From Octopus vulgaris (taxonomy: Eukaryota): DNA of 64,000 nucleotides. Under the pieces are notes generated by a model. That model saw nothing but the letters and a program-made list of their open reading frames with translations, ran no database searches and was not told the origin of the DNA. The stretch covers positions 33,356,001-33,420,000 of the forward strand of contig OX597819.1 of NCBI GenBank assembly GCA_951406725.2, written 5' to 3'. Below, one piece after another: positions 14,854 to 29,000 of this stretch. Made by a program: the position numbers and the translations under genes. Numbering within the stretch: the first letter of the stretch is position 1; every line of letters begins with the position of its first letter.

Positions 14854-16125
14854 CAAGGGTTGGACAAAATATTGGAAACACCTAGCATCATAGCATCATA
14901 ATTTTGAAATATCTATAAAACCATCAAAAGCTTGTTTATTTTCGTGTTTTTTTATTTATTATTAGTGTTGCTCAATATGTTTTGCTAAAATTGCTGTTTC
15001 TTTTTCAAATATCATCAGAAAAAGGTAATTAAAATTCATTAAAATGACAGAACTATCAGACTTTCAAAGAGGTCAAATTGCTGGTGCTCATATGGCAGGT
15101 GCTAGCGTAATGAAAACAGCTGAAATGTTTGGTGTATCAACAAAGTACTGTCTCGAAAGTAATGACAGCCTTTGAGAAAGAGGGAAAAATCTCCTCATCA
15201 AAACAAAACTTCATCAAAACAAAACTCCGGAAGAAAACCAAAACTTTCAGATAGGGTCCATCAGACTCATATACAAATTGTCAGAAAAGATCACCAAAGT
15301 AAAGCTCCCAAAATTACTGCAGAGCTAAATGACCACCTTGAGAACCCAGTTTCCACAAAAACTGTTTGCCAGGAGCTGCACAAAGCCAGATTTCACAGGA
15401 GGGCTGCAATCAGAAAGCCACTACTTTCAAAAACAAATGTTACAAAGCATTTAGAGTGGAGTAAAAGCCTACAGAATTGGTCCCTTGAGCAGTGGAAGAA
15501 TGTTATTTTCTCGGATGAGTCATCCTTTACCTTATTTTGACCAAGTATGTGTGTGGAGACAACCAAAAGAAGCATTTGACCCAGACTGCCATCATCCAAC
15601 TGTTAAACCCGGAGGAGGATCTGTGATGATCTGGAGTGGGGGGAAATCCTCCGGCCCAATGGTTTACCTTCATGGTAGAATTAATAGTCAGGACTATTTA
15701 AGCATCTTATCTGATCAAATTCATCCTATGGCTGCAGAACTTTTTCCGGAGGGGAACGCAGTCTTTCAGGATGATAATGCACCAATTCACACAGCTAAAG
15801 TTGTTATTGAATGGCACTAGGAACATTCTAGTGAAGTTGAACATCTTATCTGACCACCAGTCCCCAGATCTCAATATTATTGAACATTTATGATGCATTT
15901 TAGAAAAGCAAGTAAGGAGTTGATATCCTCCATCATCATCATTACAAGAACTGGAGACTGTTTTAGCTGAAGAATGGACAAAAATTCCTTTGAAAGCAAT
16001 TCAAACTTTGTGTAAGTCCATACCTCATAGAATTCAAGCTGTAATTACTGCCAAAGGCAGTCCTACCCCATGTTAAAATAAATTTGTTTGAAATTTTAAG
16101 GTGTTGCCATTATTTTGTCCAACCC

Positions 16126-16128
<3 letters not shown>
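14854..16128 (+). mobile_element. Full-length Tc1-like (DD34E) transposon, defective
   Basis: TA-flanked TIRs CAAGGGTTGGACAAAATATTGGAAACACCT / AGGTGTTGCCATTATTTTGTCCAACCCCTG. Confidence 0.92.
15044..16076 (+). pseudogene. Tc1 transposase pseudogene
   Basis: MTELSDFQRGQI..., WKNVIFSDES, GGGSVMIW, FQDDNAPIH, SPDLNIIEHL. Multiple stops and frameshifts. Confidence 0.9.
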
Positions 16129-16159
<31 letters not shown>

Positions 16160-16161
<2 letters not shown>

Positions 16162-16392
16162 TCGTACATGTTTCAATGATTTGACTGCAGCCATTCTGTA
16201 GCACCTCATTAAAGGGTTTTAGCCAATGAAATCAACCCCAGGACTCATTCTTTGTAAGCCTAGTACTTATTCTATCAGTCTCTTTCACCAAACTGCTAAG
16301 TTACAGGGATATAAACCCACCAACATCAGTTGTCAAGCAATGGTGGGTGGGACAAACACAGATACAAAGACACAAACACACATAAATACATG

Positions 16393-16449
<57 letters not shown>

Positions 16450-16635
16450 AAGCCCATTACACACACTATATAGACATATATGTGATGGGCTTCTTTCAGT
16501 TTCTTTCTACCAAATCCACTCACAAGGTTTTGGTTGGCCCAATGCTATAGTAGAAGACATTTTCCCAAGGTGTCATGCAGTAGGACTGAACCCAGAACCA
16601 TGTGGTTGGGAAGCAAGCAACTTACCACACAGCCA
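16160..16635 (-). mobile_element. SINE family B
   Basis: Reverse-complement family B motifs. Confidence 0.8.
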
Positions 16636-17102
16636 GTGATGCCTGCTGCTGTTATTTGGTCCCATGCCAGTGGCATGTAAAAAGCACCATTCAAGCATGA
16701 TCGTTGCTAGTGCTGCCTGACTGGTGGCATGTAAAAAGCACCATTGGAGTGTGGTTGATGCCAGTGCTGGCTAACTGGTCCCATGTCAGTGGCATGTAAA
16801 ATGCACCATTTGAGCATGGTCATTGTCCATGCCGCCTGACTGGCTTCCATGCTGGTGGCACATAAAAAGCACTATTCATGCGTGGTCGATGCCAGTACTG
16901 CCTGACTGGCCCTAGTGCCCTTGGCAAGTAAAAAGCACCCACTACACTCTTGGAGTGGTTGTCGTTAGGAAGGGCATCCAGCTGTCGAAACTATGCCAGA
17001 CCAAATTGAAGCCTGGTCCAACCCATTCCAGCATGGGAAGCAGACGTTGAACGACAACGATGATGATAATGATGATGATGATGATAATGATGATGATGAT
17101 GA
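16636..17102 (+). mobile_element. Family C element with about five tandem ~60-bp subrepeats and (GAT)n tail
   Basis: Repeated GGTCCCATGCCAGTGGCATGTAAAAAGCACCATT units, then GAGTGGTTG.CGTTAGGAAGGGCATCCAGCTG. Confidence 0.8.
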
Positions 17103-17810
17103 CACACGATAAAACTGTAAAGTGAAATTTAAGATTACAAATTTTATGAAATGGTAAAATATTGCATATATAAACTTTTAGTGGTTGGGGTAGAACAGGA
17201 GAGGACAGCATAGAAAGGAAGACAGGAAGAAAGGAAGAGAGAGAGAGAGAGAGAGAGAACAATCAATCATATTGTGAATGGGAATGTGAAAAAATACGCT
17301 ATAAAATATTTAAAGGTAAATAGATAGGGGTACAGAATTGTTGAATGACGAAACTGTCCACCCCCAGTTTGTGATAAATATCACATATGTCTGTAATAAA
17401 GTTATTGCTGTCATTTTAGATGTCCAAATATATATGGAGAGACAGAGAGAAAAAGTAAGAATCAACTGGATATAATAAAATGAAAATCTGTTATGAAAGA
17501 TGTGGAATATTGTAAACTGAAAGTGACCAACAGTATTCAACTAATAACTGATATTATCATGGCGTCAAAGTCAATCTGCAATACAACATCCACGTATGTC
17601 TATAATCTCAAGAAGAAAGAAAGAAAGAAAGAAAGAAAATAAAAACTGAAAAGAAAAGTAAAACACTTGGTCTTTAAAAACTGGTTAATAACTGACTATC
17701 AAGTTATAGTAGTAGAACTATAAATTTCAGATCAGATTGCAGTAAATACAATGAAAATTTTGACAACTCATGAAATACATTTATATCAATACATACACCC
17801 ACACACACAT

Positions 17811-17883
<73 letters not shown>

Positions 17884-17889
17884 TTTTAT

Positions 17890-18265
17890 TTTTTTACTAG
17901 TTTCAGCACTGTCTTGAAGAATTTTAGTCAAATGAATTGACCCCAGTTCTGATTTTCTTTAAGCCTGATCCTCATTTTATTGATCTTCTTTTCTGAACCA
18001 CTAAGTCATAGTGACATAGGCACACCATCACCGGTTGACAAGTGATGGTGGTGGGACAAACAGAGACACAAAGACACAGAGACACAAAGACACACACACA
18101 CACACACACACAACACACACAAAGGCTTCTTTCAGTTTCTGTCTCCTAAATCCACACACATGGCTTTGGTCAGCTCAAGGCTTTAGTACAAGACAGTTAT
18201 TCCAGTGACCCGTGGTGGGACTGAACCCAGAACCATGTGACTGGAAGCATAGTTCTTACCACACA
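17890..18265 (-). mobile_element. SINE family B, degenerate
   Basis: Family B motifs. Confidence 0.7.
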
Positions 18266-18406
18266 GTAGTTCTTACCTCACTTATTAAATTTTAAAATGA
18301 GAGTCATTTTGTGCATTCTGGTCCCACTCTTTAGACTTGGTAGGGTCTGACCTCAATGACCCTGTATGCTCAGACAGTTGTAGTGACTAGCAAGCTATAG
18401 TTTTTA

Positions 18407-19036
18407 TTGGGTCATCCCATAAATAATGTGGCTGTTTCAATTGCATGAACTAAATTTGGACAGGGATGGGATAAACTACCTGCATCAACTTGTCATAAAA
18501 TCAGGAAGTAATTTACCTTGTACTTATTCTTAGTGTAAGTTTTGAAGAGTGCAGGTCGATTTTAACAGTTACTTTCTCAAAACTATAATGGAAGTGACAA
18601 AGGAGCATATTCAGCATATTTTGCTTCATGAGTTCAATAAAGGTAAAAATGCAATGGAAAGTGTAAGGAATATTAATGCAGTACATGGGGATTGGACAAT
18701 AAGCTTAAGCCAGTGTCACCAGTGGTTCCAGAAATTCTGAGCTGGAAACTACAACCTAGAACCTGGGAGATCTGTAGAGCTCAACAAGGATGTCCTGCAA
18801 ACCCTGGTGGAACAAAATCCTATCGTAACTATTGAGGAACTGGCAGAGGAGCTTGGATTTGGTCATTCAACCATTCATTGACACCTGCGTGCCACTGGAA
18901 AAGTCAGCAAATTGGGTCAATGGGTTCCTCACAAACTTTCCAAGTCTAATCATGCACAGAGAGTGAATGTGTTTTCTTTGCAGTCACATCTTATGAATGA
19001 ACCTTTTTTGGACTGGTGATGAGAATTGGGTTCTCC
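18407..19036 (+). mobile_element. mariner transposon, 5' half (pseudogene)
   Basis: TA + TTGGGTCATCCCATAAATAATG TIR. Peptides MEVTKEHIQHILLHEF.KGKNA, QWFQKF, WVPHKL, TGDENWV. Confidence 0.85.
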
Positions 19037-19740
19037 TAGGTCCACAAAGAGGATTTACAAAGTATCCCTTCTATTTTTGCTTGTGAAACAGCCGAGGCAC
19101 TGGAACTGGAAGAGTGAGAATCTGGAAGGAGGTATGCCAAATATTGTCAATGATCCAATTGTCAATCAAGAAAAGATAATTTTTTCCTCCACTACGCATC
19201 AAACTGGGCTTGATGAAACAGTTTGTCAAGGCTTTGAATACTGATGGGGAATGCTTCCAATACATAGTTTCTGCTCTCCCTGCTTTGTCCTTCAAGAAGA
19301 TCAAGGTAGGTGTGTTTGATGGACCACAAATTTGTGCACATTTACTTGATCAAGAATTTGCCAGAAAGGAAAATGACAAGAAAGGACAGCATGGCTTTCG
19401 TTCGCAGTGGTCATAGAAAACTTCCTTGGTAATAAAAAGGCTGACAACAATGAAACATTCATAGCTAATATGTTGTCAGCTTTTTGAAATCTTGGATGTA
19501 GCATGAGTATCAAACTCCATTTTCTCTATTGTCATCTTGATAGATTCCCTGAGAACCTAGGAGCAGTAAGTGATAAACAAGGCGAGTGGTTCCATCAGGA
19601 CTGCAAGACCATGGAAGAGCGTTACCAAGGGAGATGGGACAAACTTATGATGGCAGGCTACAGCTAGAGCATTAAGTGAGATTGCCCTGAGACAGTCCAT
19701 AAATGCAGGAGCTTCAAGCGCAAATTCCTGCATAAATAGA
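19037..19740 (+). mobile_element. Chapaev3-like (CMC superfamily) transposase, C-terminal pseudogene
   Basis: PPLRIKLGLMKQFVKAL, KIKVGVFDGPQI, NFLGNKKA, MSIKLHFL.CHLDRFPENLGAVSDKQGEWFHQD, MEERYQGRW. Family assignment is from recalled motifs. Confidence 0.7.
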
Positions 19741-19764
19741 CTGCAACTGAGCTTTGCCTACTCA

Positions 19765-19960
19765 TCTCTTATATAAAATCTGTTCTGTGTGTATGTGTGT
19801 GTTTGTGGCTTCTAGGATCTCGGGCATCCTCCATCCGATTGCACTCAAGTTTGATATGTAGACACCGATGGTATCAGGGCGTGTATAAGTCTTGAAAAAA
19901 ATTACAAAAATTGATTCCAGGTGAGAATGCAATCGATAAAGCCATGGGAAATCGTTTTTC
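19765..19960 (+). mobile_element. Probable 5' end of a non-autonomous Helitron-like element
   Basis: a|TCTCTTATATAAAATCTGTTCTGTGTGT start resembles the Helitron 5' ends at 14802 and 59111. No 3' CTAG terminus found. Confidence 0.4.
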
Positions 19961-20499
19961 TTTGGAATAGAAAAAAAGTCTATCTTTATTTCTTCTTTTG
20001 TTGGTGTCTCAGACTGAGGTTAAATCAGTGTTTCTCAAAGGGGAGGTCTATAGGACAGTTGGACAAGCTGTTTTGAGAAAATTTGGTTTAAATGTTTGAC
20101 AACGCAGCACCGTCCATTGGACGAGGGGGGTGGCGTTTTACTTGTAGTAACTAATGTCTTATTTATCAATCAGTTTTATATAAACTATAACCTTTACTTT
20201 TTAGGGAAAGCATTTTAAATTATATTCTTGAATAGATTTATTCTATCTTGCATTTTTCTTTTTATTACCAAGCTAATTTAAAGAGAGTTTAATCACATAT
20301 TTCTCCTAATAGTCTATGATGTCAATGCGATGAAGAAAAAATTTTGAGATTTTGAAATGCCTTGATTGCAAAAAAGATTAGAGCATTTAGGAAATAATGG
20401 ACTTCAAATCTGAAATCTATGCAGTCAAATTAGGTAATACCAAGTGTTGATATCAATGCAACAAAATCTTTTTTGACCAGTCAATCAGTATACACGCGT

Positions 20500-20534
<35 letters not shown>

Positions 20535-20839
20535 GGACTCTCCCATCATTAGACCACACAGATGAATTGCTTATAGTAATCAAACGTTTGTGTTTACGTA
20601 AGCTCACTCCCTCCATCAAAACAACATTGCCTGTACAGGTGCACCATGTGTAACATGTCAGATGACAAAATGATCGCAGAGCAATGTAAAATCAAGTGTT
20701 TTGCTCAAGAACACAATGCAGTGCCTGGTCTGGGAATTGAAACCACGATCTCGCAGTCATGAGTGCAACTACTAAGTCATGTACCTTCATATATACATAT
20801 GTATGTATGTATGTATGTATGTATAAGGTGGACTGTATT

Positions 20840-21033
20840 CCTTTATTCGTTTCAGTAATTTTGACTGTGGCCATGTTGGAGTACTGCCTTTAGTCGAGCA
20901 TATCGACCCCAGGACTTATTCTTTGTAAGCCTAGTACTTACTCTATCAGTCTCTTATGCCAAATCAGTAAGTTACGGGGACATAAACACACTAGCATTAA
21001 TGTCAAGTGATGTTGGGGGACACACACACTCAA

Positions 21034-21109
<76 letters not shown>

Positions 21110-21281
21110 GTATATACGACGGGCTTCTTTCAGTTTCTGTCTACCAAATCCACTCACAAGGCTTTGGTCGGCCCGAGGCTACAGTAGAAGGAACTTGCCA
21201 AAGGCGCCATGAAGTTGGACTCAACCTGGAACCATGTGGTTGGTTAGCAAGCTACTTATCACACAGCCACTCCTGTGCCTG
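20840..21281 (-). mobile_element. SINE family B
   Basis: Full-length reverse-complement copy with internal (CA)n. Confidence 0.85.
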
Positions 21282-21477
21282 TATGGCCATAAATTTTTCA
21301 GATGGACCATGTTACCACGACGTGACCAAATTTAGAGAAAAAAGAGTATTTTGAATTGCATAAAATCTAGAGCTTACAAAGTAAAAACTAATCCCAGATT
21401 GGAATTGTGCATGCTCAAACAAATTAAGAACAAGTGGTGGTATTAATGCAACGCAAACTTTGTTTCCCTATTTTTTT

Positions 21478-21697
21478 TTTTTTTACTTGTTTCAGTAATT
21501 TGACTGCGGCCACGCTGGAGCACCGCCTTTAGTCGAGCAAATTGTCCCCAGGACTTATTCTTTGTAAGCCCAGTACTTATTCTATCGGTCTCTTTTGCCG
21601 AACCACTAAGTGACGGGGACATAAACACACCAGCATCGGTTGTCAAGCAATGCTAGGGGGACAAACACAGACACACAAACACACACACACACACACA

Positions 21698-21769
<72 letters not shown>

Positions 21770-21929
21770 CAGGCTTCTTTCAGTTTCGTCTACCAAATCC
21801 ACTCACAAGGCATTGGTCGGCCCGGGGCTATAGCAGAAGACACTTGCCCAAGATGCCACGAAGTGGGACTGAACCCGGAACCATGTGGCTGGTTAGCAAG
21901 CTACTTACCACACAGCCACTCCTGCGCCT
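21478..21929 (-). mobile_element. SINE family B
   Basis: Full-length reverse-complement copy with internal (TA)n. Confidence 0.85.
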
Positions 21930-22215
21930 ATGTAAAGAAAAAATGTTAAGAAAAAGAGTAAGAAATAAGGAAGAAAACAAAACAAAAAATGCCTAAGGTT
22001 ATCATATTTACGCTTTGGTGATCAATGAAGATAATAATTTCATTTATACATCACCTCACCAAGGGAAATATCCATGTAAGGGACTAGAAATCCTAACTGA
22101 TCCTGCTCATACTACTTCTTCCATGTATTTCAGTTTACAAAAGTAACTCATTGTTGCTCATGTGTGATAACTCCACTGCTACAATTAGTATCCTCATTGG
22201 ATCTCCCTAATATTG

Positions 22216-22770
22216 GGACCCCCCTTCGGTCACGACACTGACCATGGGATTGCACCTAGAAAGTTACCCTCCCAGTCACGAGTCTGGGCAAGGTGGTTTA
22301 TGGAAGACCAGCAGTCGCCCATGCATACCTATTTCTTTACTACCCACAAGGGGCTAAACACAGAGGGGATGAACAAGGACAGACAAACAGATTAAGTCGA
22401 TTATATCGACCCCAGTGCGTAACTGGTACTTATTTAATCGACCCCGAAAGGATGAAAGGCAAAGTCGACCTCGGCGGAATTTGAACTCAGAACACAGCGG
22501 CAGACAAAATATCGGTAAGCATTTCGCCCGGTGTGCTAACGCTTCTGTCAGCTTGCCGCCCATGCATGCCGGCTTCCTCTCTCCACGCCACCAGTGTTAT
22601 CCAAGGGAAAGGCAGCAGCCGATACAGCTTGGCACCCGTGACATCGCAACTCATTTCTACAGCTGAGTTAACTGGAGCAACGTGAAATAAAGTGTCTTGC
22701 TCAAGAACACAACATGCAGCCCGGTCCAGGATTTGAGCTCACAACCTCACGATCATAAGCTCGACACTCC
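22216..22770 (-). mobile_element. SINE family E interrupted by a family A SINE (22330-22560)
   Basis: The two halves of family E flank a family A copy with a near-perfect TSD CATGCATACC/CATGCATGCC. Confidence 0.8.
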
Positions 22771-23057
22771 CTAATAGAACATACCTATATTCACTTTGTT
22801 TCTTTCTAGTATCACAACATCTTCGGCATTCAGTACTCGTTTTCTTTTACCATGTAACATTGCACTTTGAAAGCAAGCATCTTACAAACTTGTCTTCTTC
22901 CGGACAGACAGACAGACAGAGATTGTCTTTGTTTCCAGCATCAGTGGAGCCATGTGGGCAGCAATCATTATGTGCATTTTGCACCAATGTCACCTTGACT
23001 ACTAATTTGTTATCAGGAATGCTTTTACTACTCTGAACCATTTCTAACGACGCTGCT

Positions 23058-23211
23058 GTCATCATCACCAAAACCACCACCACCATCACCACCACCACCA
23101 CAATTGTGACCATCACCACCCCCACAGCCATTCACACCATTGACAAGATTGCCACCAGCACCACCAGCACCACCAGCACCACCGCCGCCGCCACCACCAC
23201 CATCACCATTA

Positions 23212-23275
<64 letters not shown>

Positions 23276-23470
23276 CACTATTACTACTACACATCGATAT
23301 TTTGTTATACAAAACCATGACAACTGTCCCCACATCTTGCCATTGCTGCTATAATGTCAAAGCAACCGTTTGAAACATCATTATAATAACACTACTACCA
23401 CCACCACTACTACCACCATTACTATTACAAACATCTCTACTGCATCCATCATCATTGCCATTATCACTAT
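23058..23470. repeat. (ACC)n/(ACT)n low-complexity tract
   Basis: Directly visible. Confidence 0.85.
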
Positions 23471-24435
23471 CTTTTTATCACTACCACTTCTGAATTATTG
23501 TATATGGACAATAACAAGTAGTTATTGTGTTGCATGGATGCACGTTATTAAAATATGCAGGGTGCCTCAGGAAATATAGAATTGGCTGAAAGCAGTTCCA
23601 GACCAAGCAACAATATAACTGGTGAGAAGAGAGCAAACTCCTCTGATGTTTGTTTTAGAAATACCATTTATAATTAAATTTGGCAGCCAAATGTAAAAAC
23701 TGAAACTAGAGAAGATAGCAATGATGTGTGTTATGTGTGTTAACTTATTGAGAAGAATCAAGCTGATGTGTGAATAAATTCACATAGACACACACACACA
23801 CAGATCCACAAATGCAATGACTGCTAAGTTGATGCTGTCTAAATATCAATAAGAGAGTTTTGTTTCTGTGTTAGAAGCCAGCTCTTTCTTTATTGCTGAA
23901 AAATTGTTTTTCATAAATCAAGAACAATGTGCATGCTCAGAGACATGTGTAGGTGAAGAACTCTTGAAAAGGTACTCTGAGTATGCTGCTGCAACATGTG
24001 ACCCAAAGGTAGCTGGGCTGACCTACTTGAAACAGAAACTTGAAAGTGAAACATGCATCATTTAAGTAGAAAGTTATGCATGGATACATAGCCCATAAAC
24101 TTAAAGATACTAGCAATATTAGTTTCAAATTTTGGCACAAGGCCAGCAATTTTCAGTGGGGAGGTGAATTCCATGGAGTGCTTGAAGTTTACAAATTTCC
24201 TGCACTTGGACCCCTGAATCTTACTCTTGTATATACAAATATATATATATATATATGTATTAGAAAAAAATAAGATACTCAGAAGTGTGGATGGTTTGAA
24301 CATTTACAGATTTTTATTAATATGTCACATGTTTTTCTAAATCATATATTAGCGCTTGCATCTACTCTAGTAGAATCTCCAAATCTGGAGATTCTACTAA
24401 TATATAATACCTGTACATCACCTCCAAACCTTCTA

Positions 24436-24486
<51 letters not shown>

Positions 24487-24498
24487 TTCCTGACATAA

Positions 24499-24599
24499 GT
24501 TCCTTGTTTTTCCTGATAAGAAGGTGACATAATGCACCCCTTATTCCTTCGAAATTAGGAATATGCAGCCTTCGAAACATATGTCGAAAATAAAGGAAT
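24499..24599 (+). ncRNA. Type-I hammerhead ribozyme motif with G8A substitution, in a Penelope-like non-coding segment (about 24483-24790)
   Basis: TTCCTTgtTTTTC-CTGATAA-GAAGG...CCTTC-GAAAC-ATAT-GTC-GAAAAtaAAGGAA. Confidence 0.7.
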
Positions 24600-25080
24600 T
24601 TTGTTAATTCATCGTTCAACTCCATTCTTTCATTTATTTGTATTTAAAAAAACACACAAATTTCCACACGATAGCACATGATCTCTGCCCTAGGCATGTA
24701 GCTTCAACCATGTTTTTCTGACGTGAATTTGCTACCCAGGTATCGGTTAACCAAATTATCCATAATAAGATAATTCATTCAACTACTCAATATATATATA
24801 TATATATGTATCATCATCATAAGCATCATCATCATTTTGATGTTCACTACCTCATGCTTGTATGGAGCAGGTAGAATTTCTTGAAGCAAATTTTCAATGT
24901 GTCAGATGTCCTTTCTGTCACCAACATTTACCTGTTTCAGGTAAGATAACATTTTCTCAAAGCCAGACAAGACTGGAAAAGAATGACACTGCTTCCAAGA
25001 CAATGATGCTTGTTTACAACTATCATGTAATGTCAAGGCAATGCATAACACTCACTTTACATATTACACATACTTCATAC

Positions 25081-25113
<33 letters not shown>

Positions 25114-25264
25114 CGCATGCTGACCATACAGGGGAACAAGCAATTTAAGTTGACAACAGCGTGGTAAATAAAGTGATTAAAAATTTAAAGAGAGGATGGT
25201 TTGTTGGCAGGGAATGTCAAAATGCCAGTGTTTTTGCTGTCATCATTTTAATGAAAAAACATGT

Positions 25265-26000
25265 GAGCTGGCAGAATTGTTTGCACGTTGGGTAAAATGC
25301 TTTGCAGCATGTTGTCCACCGTTATATTCAGAGTTCAAATGCCATAGGGGTTGATTTAGCCTTTCATTCTTTCAGGGTCGATAAAATAAGCACCAGTTGA
25401 ACACTGGGGTCAATGTAATTAACATATCCCTTACTCCAAAATTGCTGGCCTTGTGCTAAAATTTGAAACCAATATTCACTACTGACACATGCATAAAATG
25501 GGGGGAGGAGTATACACACATATATACACATACAATGAGCTTCCATACAGTTTCTATATTCCAGCTTCGTACACAAGGTATTTTTCAGCCAGATGTTATT
25601 CTAGAAGATACTTGCGGAAGATGTCATGCAGCGAGATTGAACTCAAGACCACAAAGCTACAAAACAAAATCCTTATCCACACATTTATGTATAAAGAGGG
25701 ATGTTCTAAATGTTTTAAGTCCAACATACTTATAAAATTTAACAGCAAGTAAAGAATATTTTAATTACATTTTATATTTGATGGTCAGGCAGGGTAGTGA
25801 GTTGGCAGAATCATAAACACGCTGAAAAAAATGCCTGGTGGTATTTCACACGACTCCTTACGCTCTGAGCTCAAATCCTGCCAAGGTCCATTTTGCCTTT
25901 CATCCTTTCAAGATACATAAAATAAAGTACCAGTCAAATACTGGGGTTGATATAACAGACTTATTCCCTAAGCCTTAAATTGCTGGCCTTGTGTTAGAAA
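25265..26000. mobile_element. Cluster of degenerate SINEs (family A plus at about 25265-25475 and 25787-26000, family B minus at about 25530-25690)
   Basis: Family motifs. Confidence 0.65.
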
Positions 26001-29000
26001 GCATAGTGAAAACTCAGTTTTATGAATGCCTTTCATCACAAACAAATTGGATTATGAACAATTTTTCGAACACAAAGTGCTTCAGGTGACGAATGGTGTC
26101 TCAAGTAACTAAGACGCAAGCTAGAAACAACAGTCTGTGACAAGCAAGGAATATCAGTGGGAAAGCACCAGTTGCTGCCTAGCTTTTGCTCAACACACAT
26201 CCCTGCTGTGTCTTTTCTCAGATTTCTTATGGTAAAAATAGTTTTGGTTTACAAACATTTTAGGTGATAAATGGCTTTCAGGAATGAATTGAATTCATAA
26301 AATGATGTTTCTCAGTATATTTGATAGTCAGGTCAAAACTTATTATTATAAGACACCCCTTCTAAATATAAATTTGCATGTAGTATGTCATATCCACATG
26401 TCTAATGAATATATGTATTTCACCTTACAGTGAAAATACATCTGGTACATAGATCACAGGGATTTCAGTTGAGTTGAATTAAGACTGCACTAATTAGTTT
26501 CATCAGAGACAAGACTTATCAGAATTTGATTATCTTCATTTGAAAATGTCAAACGGTAGCTAAGAAAAGCTTCATAACATTTCTTGCTCTACACATTTGT
26601 CTGCCTCTTCAGTTTTAGTACATAAATAAATTTAGGTGATGCCATACCATAACTATCTTTTTTTAACATCTGAAAAGATGAAAGCTGAGTTAATTGGCAC
26701 AATTTTTAATTAAGAATCTTGAAGCATAACAGTATATCTTGCATAGCATTTTGGTTTTTGTATTTTTAAATTCTGTCCTCTTCTCTAATGATTAAATCCA
26801 CGTAACATTCCTTTTATTAATTCACAAAACATTTTGGAATATTAACAATTCTAACTAAATTTTATTCAATCTTCATAAATTAATCAGAAACAATATGAAA
26901 TGCATTCTACCATATTTTATTTCTTGCTCTTTTTCTTTGTCCTTCTATTTTGCCACTTTCTAATTACAGAATTATTTAAATGAATTTACAGATTCAGAAG
27001 GTTGTAATTATTAAAGTCACAGCAGAGAAAGAGAAGAAGAGAGAAGATCATGATGATGGTAGTCGTGGTGGTGGTGATAGTGATAGAACAGTCATTTGAA
27101 AACTTTTATTTGCAGCTAATTTACAAAGGACCACAAATAAACAATAGAATAACAACAGCAATAATGATGGGTGATGGTAACAACAGCAACAACAACAACA
27201 ACAACAACAACAACTACACAGTAACAAGTACACTGAAGTTATGAAGACAGAAGACAGTCAATAATTGCCTATCAATATATATATTCATTAATGCAGTCAA
27301 TAAGCATCTATCAATAAATATATTCATTAATACACTCAATGCTCATCTATCAACATATAGTCATCAATTATTGCATTAGACCTTTAATGTTCTACAGATG
27401 TCTTCTGATTTCTTCAATTTTCATTTTGTAATTTGTCTTTCGTTTGCTTGTTTATCTATTTATTTTTATTGACATTTTCATTGTGAATTGAGTTGATTGT
27501 CATCATCAACCTAACACAAAAGTTGATTATATATTAACATTATTAATTAATTCTCAATATCCTACACAGCATTTTTGGGTTAATTTGAAATGCAAGGCAT
27601 ATATCTTTTTTAATAAACATACAATGAATGGAGCTCGAAGAAGACTAGAAACTAGGTTGATCCAATTCATTTTTCAGCACATGCAGAGATTAAAAACCTG
27701 TGGCATAAGCACAGAGAAGGTATATGGTCACCATCACCACATCCACCATCATCATCAAATAACATCCACTTTCCCATGCTTGCATGTCTCAGGTTGAATT
27801 TGTCGAGGCAGTTTTTCAATGGCTGGGTGCTGTCCCTGTCACCAACCTTCACTTGTTTCTAAGGAAAGTAATATTTCCCATGGTCTAACATATTATTCTG
27901 TAGCCAGCTGGAGCAACAATGCTTGTATGGTCATGATACTCGTTTACAACAATTATACAATGTCAAAGCAAAGGTATGTATACACTTGCACACATGTATA
28001 CATATGCAACAAGCTACTTTCACTTTCGTTCTATGAAGTCCATGTAAAATGCTTTGGTCAGCTTGGGGTTAGAGTAGAAAACACTTGCCCAAGGTGCTGC
28101 CCAATGAAACTGAAGCCAAGACTGTATAGTTTGAAAGCAAGCATCCTAACCACACAGTCACATCTGTACCTAGCAAGATGTTTATGAAAACAGAAAGTAG
28201 ACCTTGTATTTCAAATTGTATTTAAAATTCTAAGAAAAGCATTTTTAATTAATTTATTTACATTCTAAATGAATGCACTGTTTTGCAAATTAGACTCACC
28301 AGTTTTGCTGCATCTGAGTTTGAATATACTATATATAGTTGTAAGTTATTAATCTCCCTATAGACAGAGATGGGTTATTCCTTCTCTGGTGAAGGTTTAA
28401 AAAGAGTACAAATTAGTCTCTTTTTTTTTCTGTCTACAGATAGATAAAATCTATAGTATAGCTATTTTGTATATTTTGCACCAAAGGGCTAAAATTATAT
28501 GTTTATTAAAATCCTAAGTTTTTAAATTAGTGTTGTTAATCTGATAGAAAATGTGATTATACATTAATATTCAGACTAGGTTGTAAATATAGAGGGAAAA
28601 TTAAAAAAAACAAAAAAAAAAGAACAAATTAACAAAACATTTTTCTCTGCATTTCAGCAAAACTACAGGTAACAGTACTCTGTACTTTTATATGGTAATG
28701 TTATTATTGTTTAGCTCCTGGACAAAAATGAAAAGAAAAGCAACTTATCACCAAAGATGATTTCAGTCATGGCCATCACATTGTTTCACATATAGTTTAT
28801 CACATAGCCCATATTATTCAATACAATCTATTTGTTTATAAAGTTTATGACTTGAGGACGATTTAGCCACTATTTCTAGCAGGTCAAGCGACCACATAAA
28901 GGCTCCAGTGTTGTCTGGTTACATACAATGTTGTTGCTGCTGTTATTATTGTTTTTGTTTGGTTCTATGTCAGATCAGTCAGAAACATCATCAAAGGAAC

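Noticed and set aside
15044-16076. Active Tc1 transposase
   Set aside because: Several in-frame stops and frameshifts.
16636-16940. Regularly spaced ~60-bp repeats resembling a CRISPR array
   Set aside because: The spacers are mutually homologous tandem subrepeats of an RTE-type 3' UTR. The context is eukaryotic and there are no cas genes.
26450-26512. CTGATGA...GAAA on the minus strand
   Set aside because: No convincing stem I or stem II.
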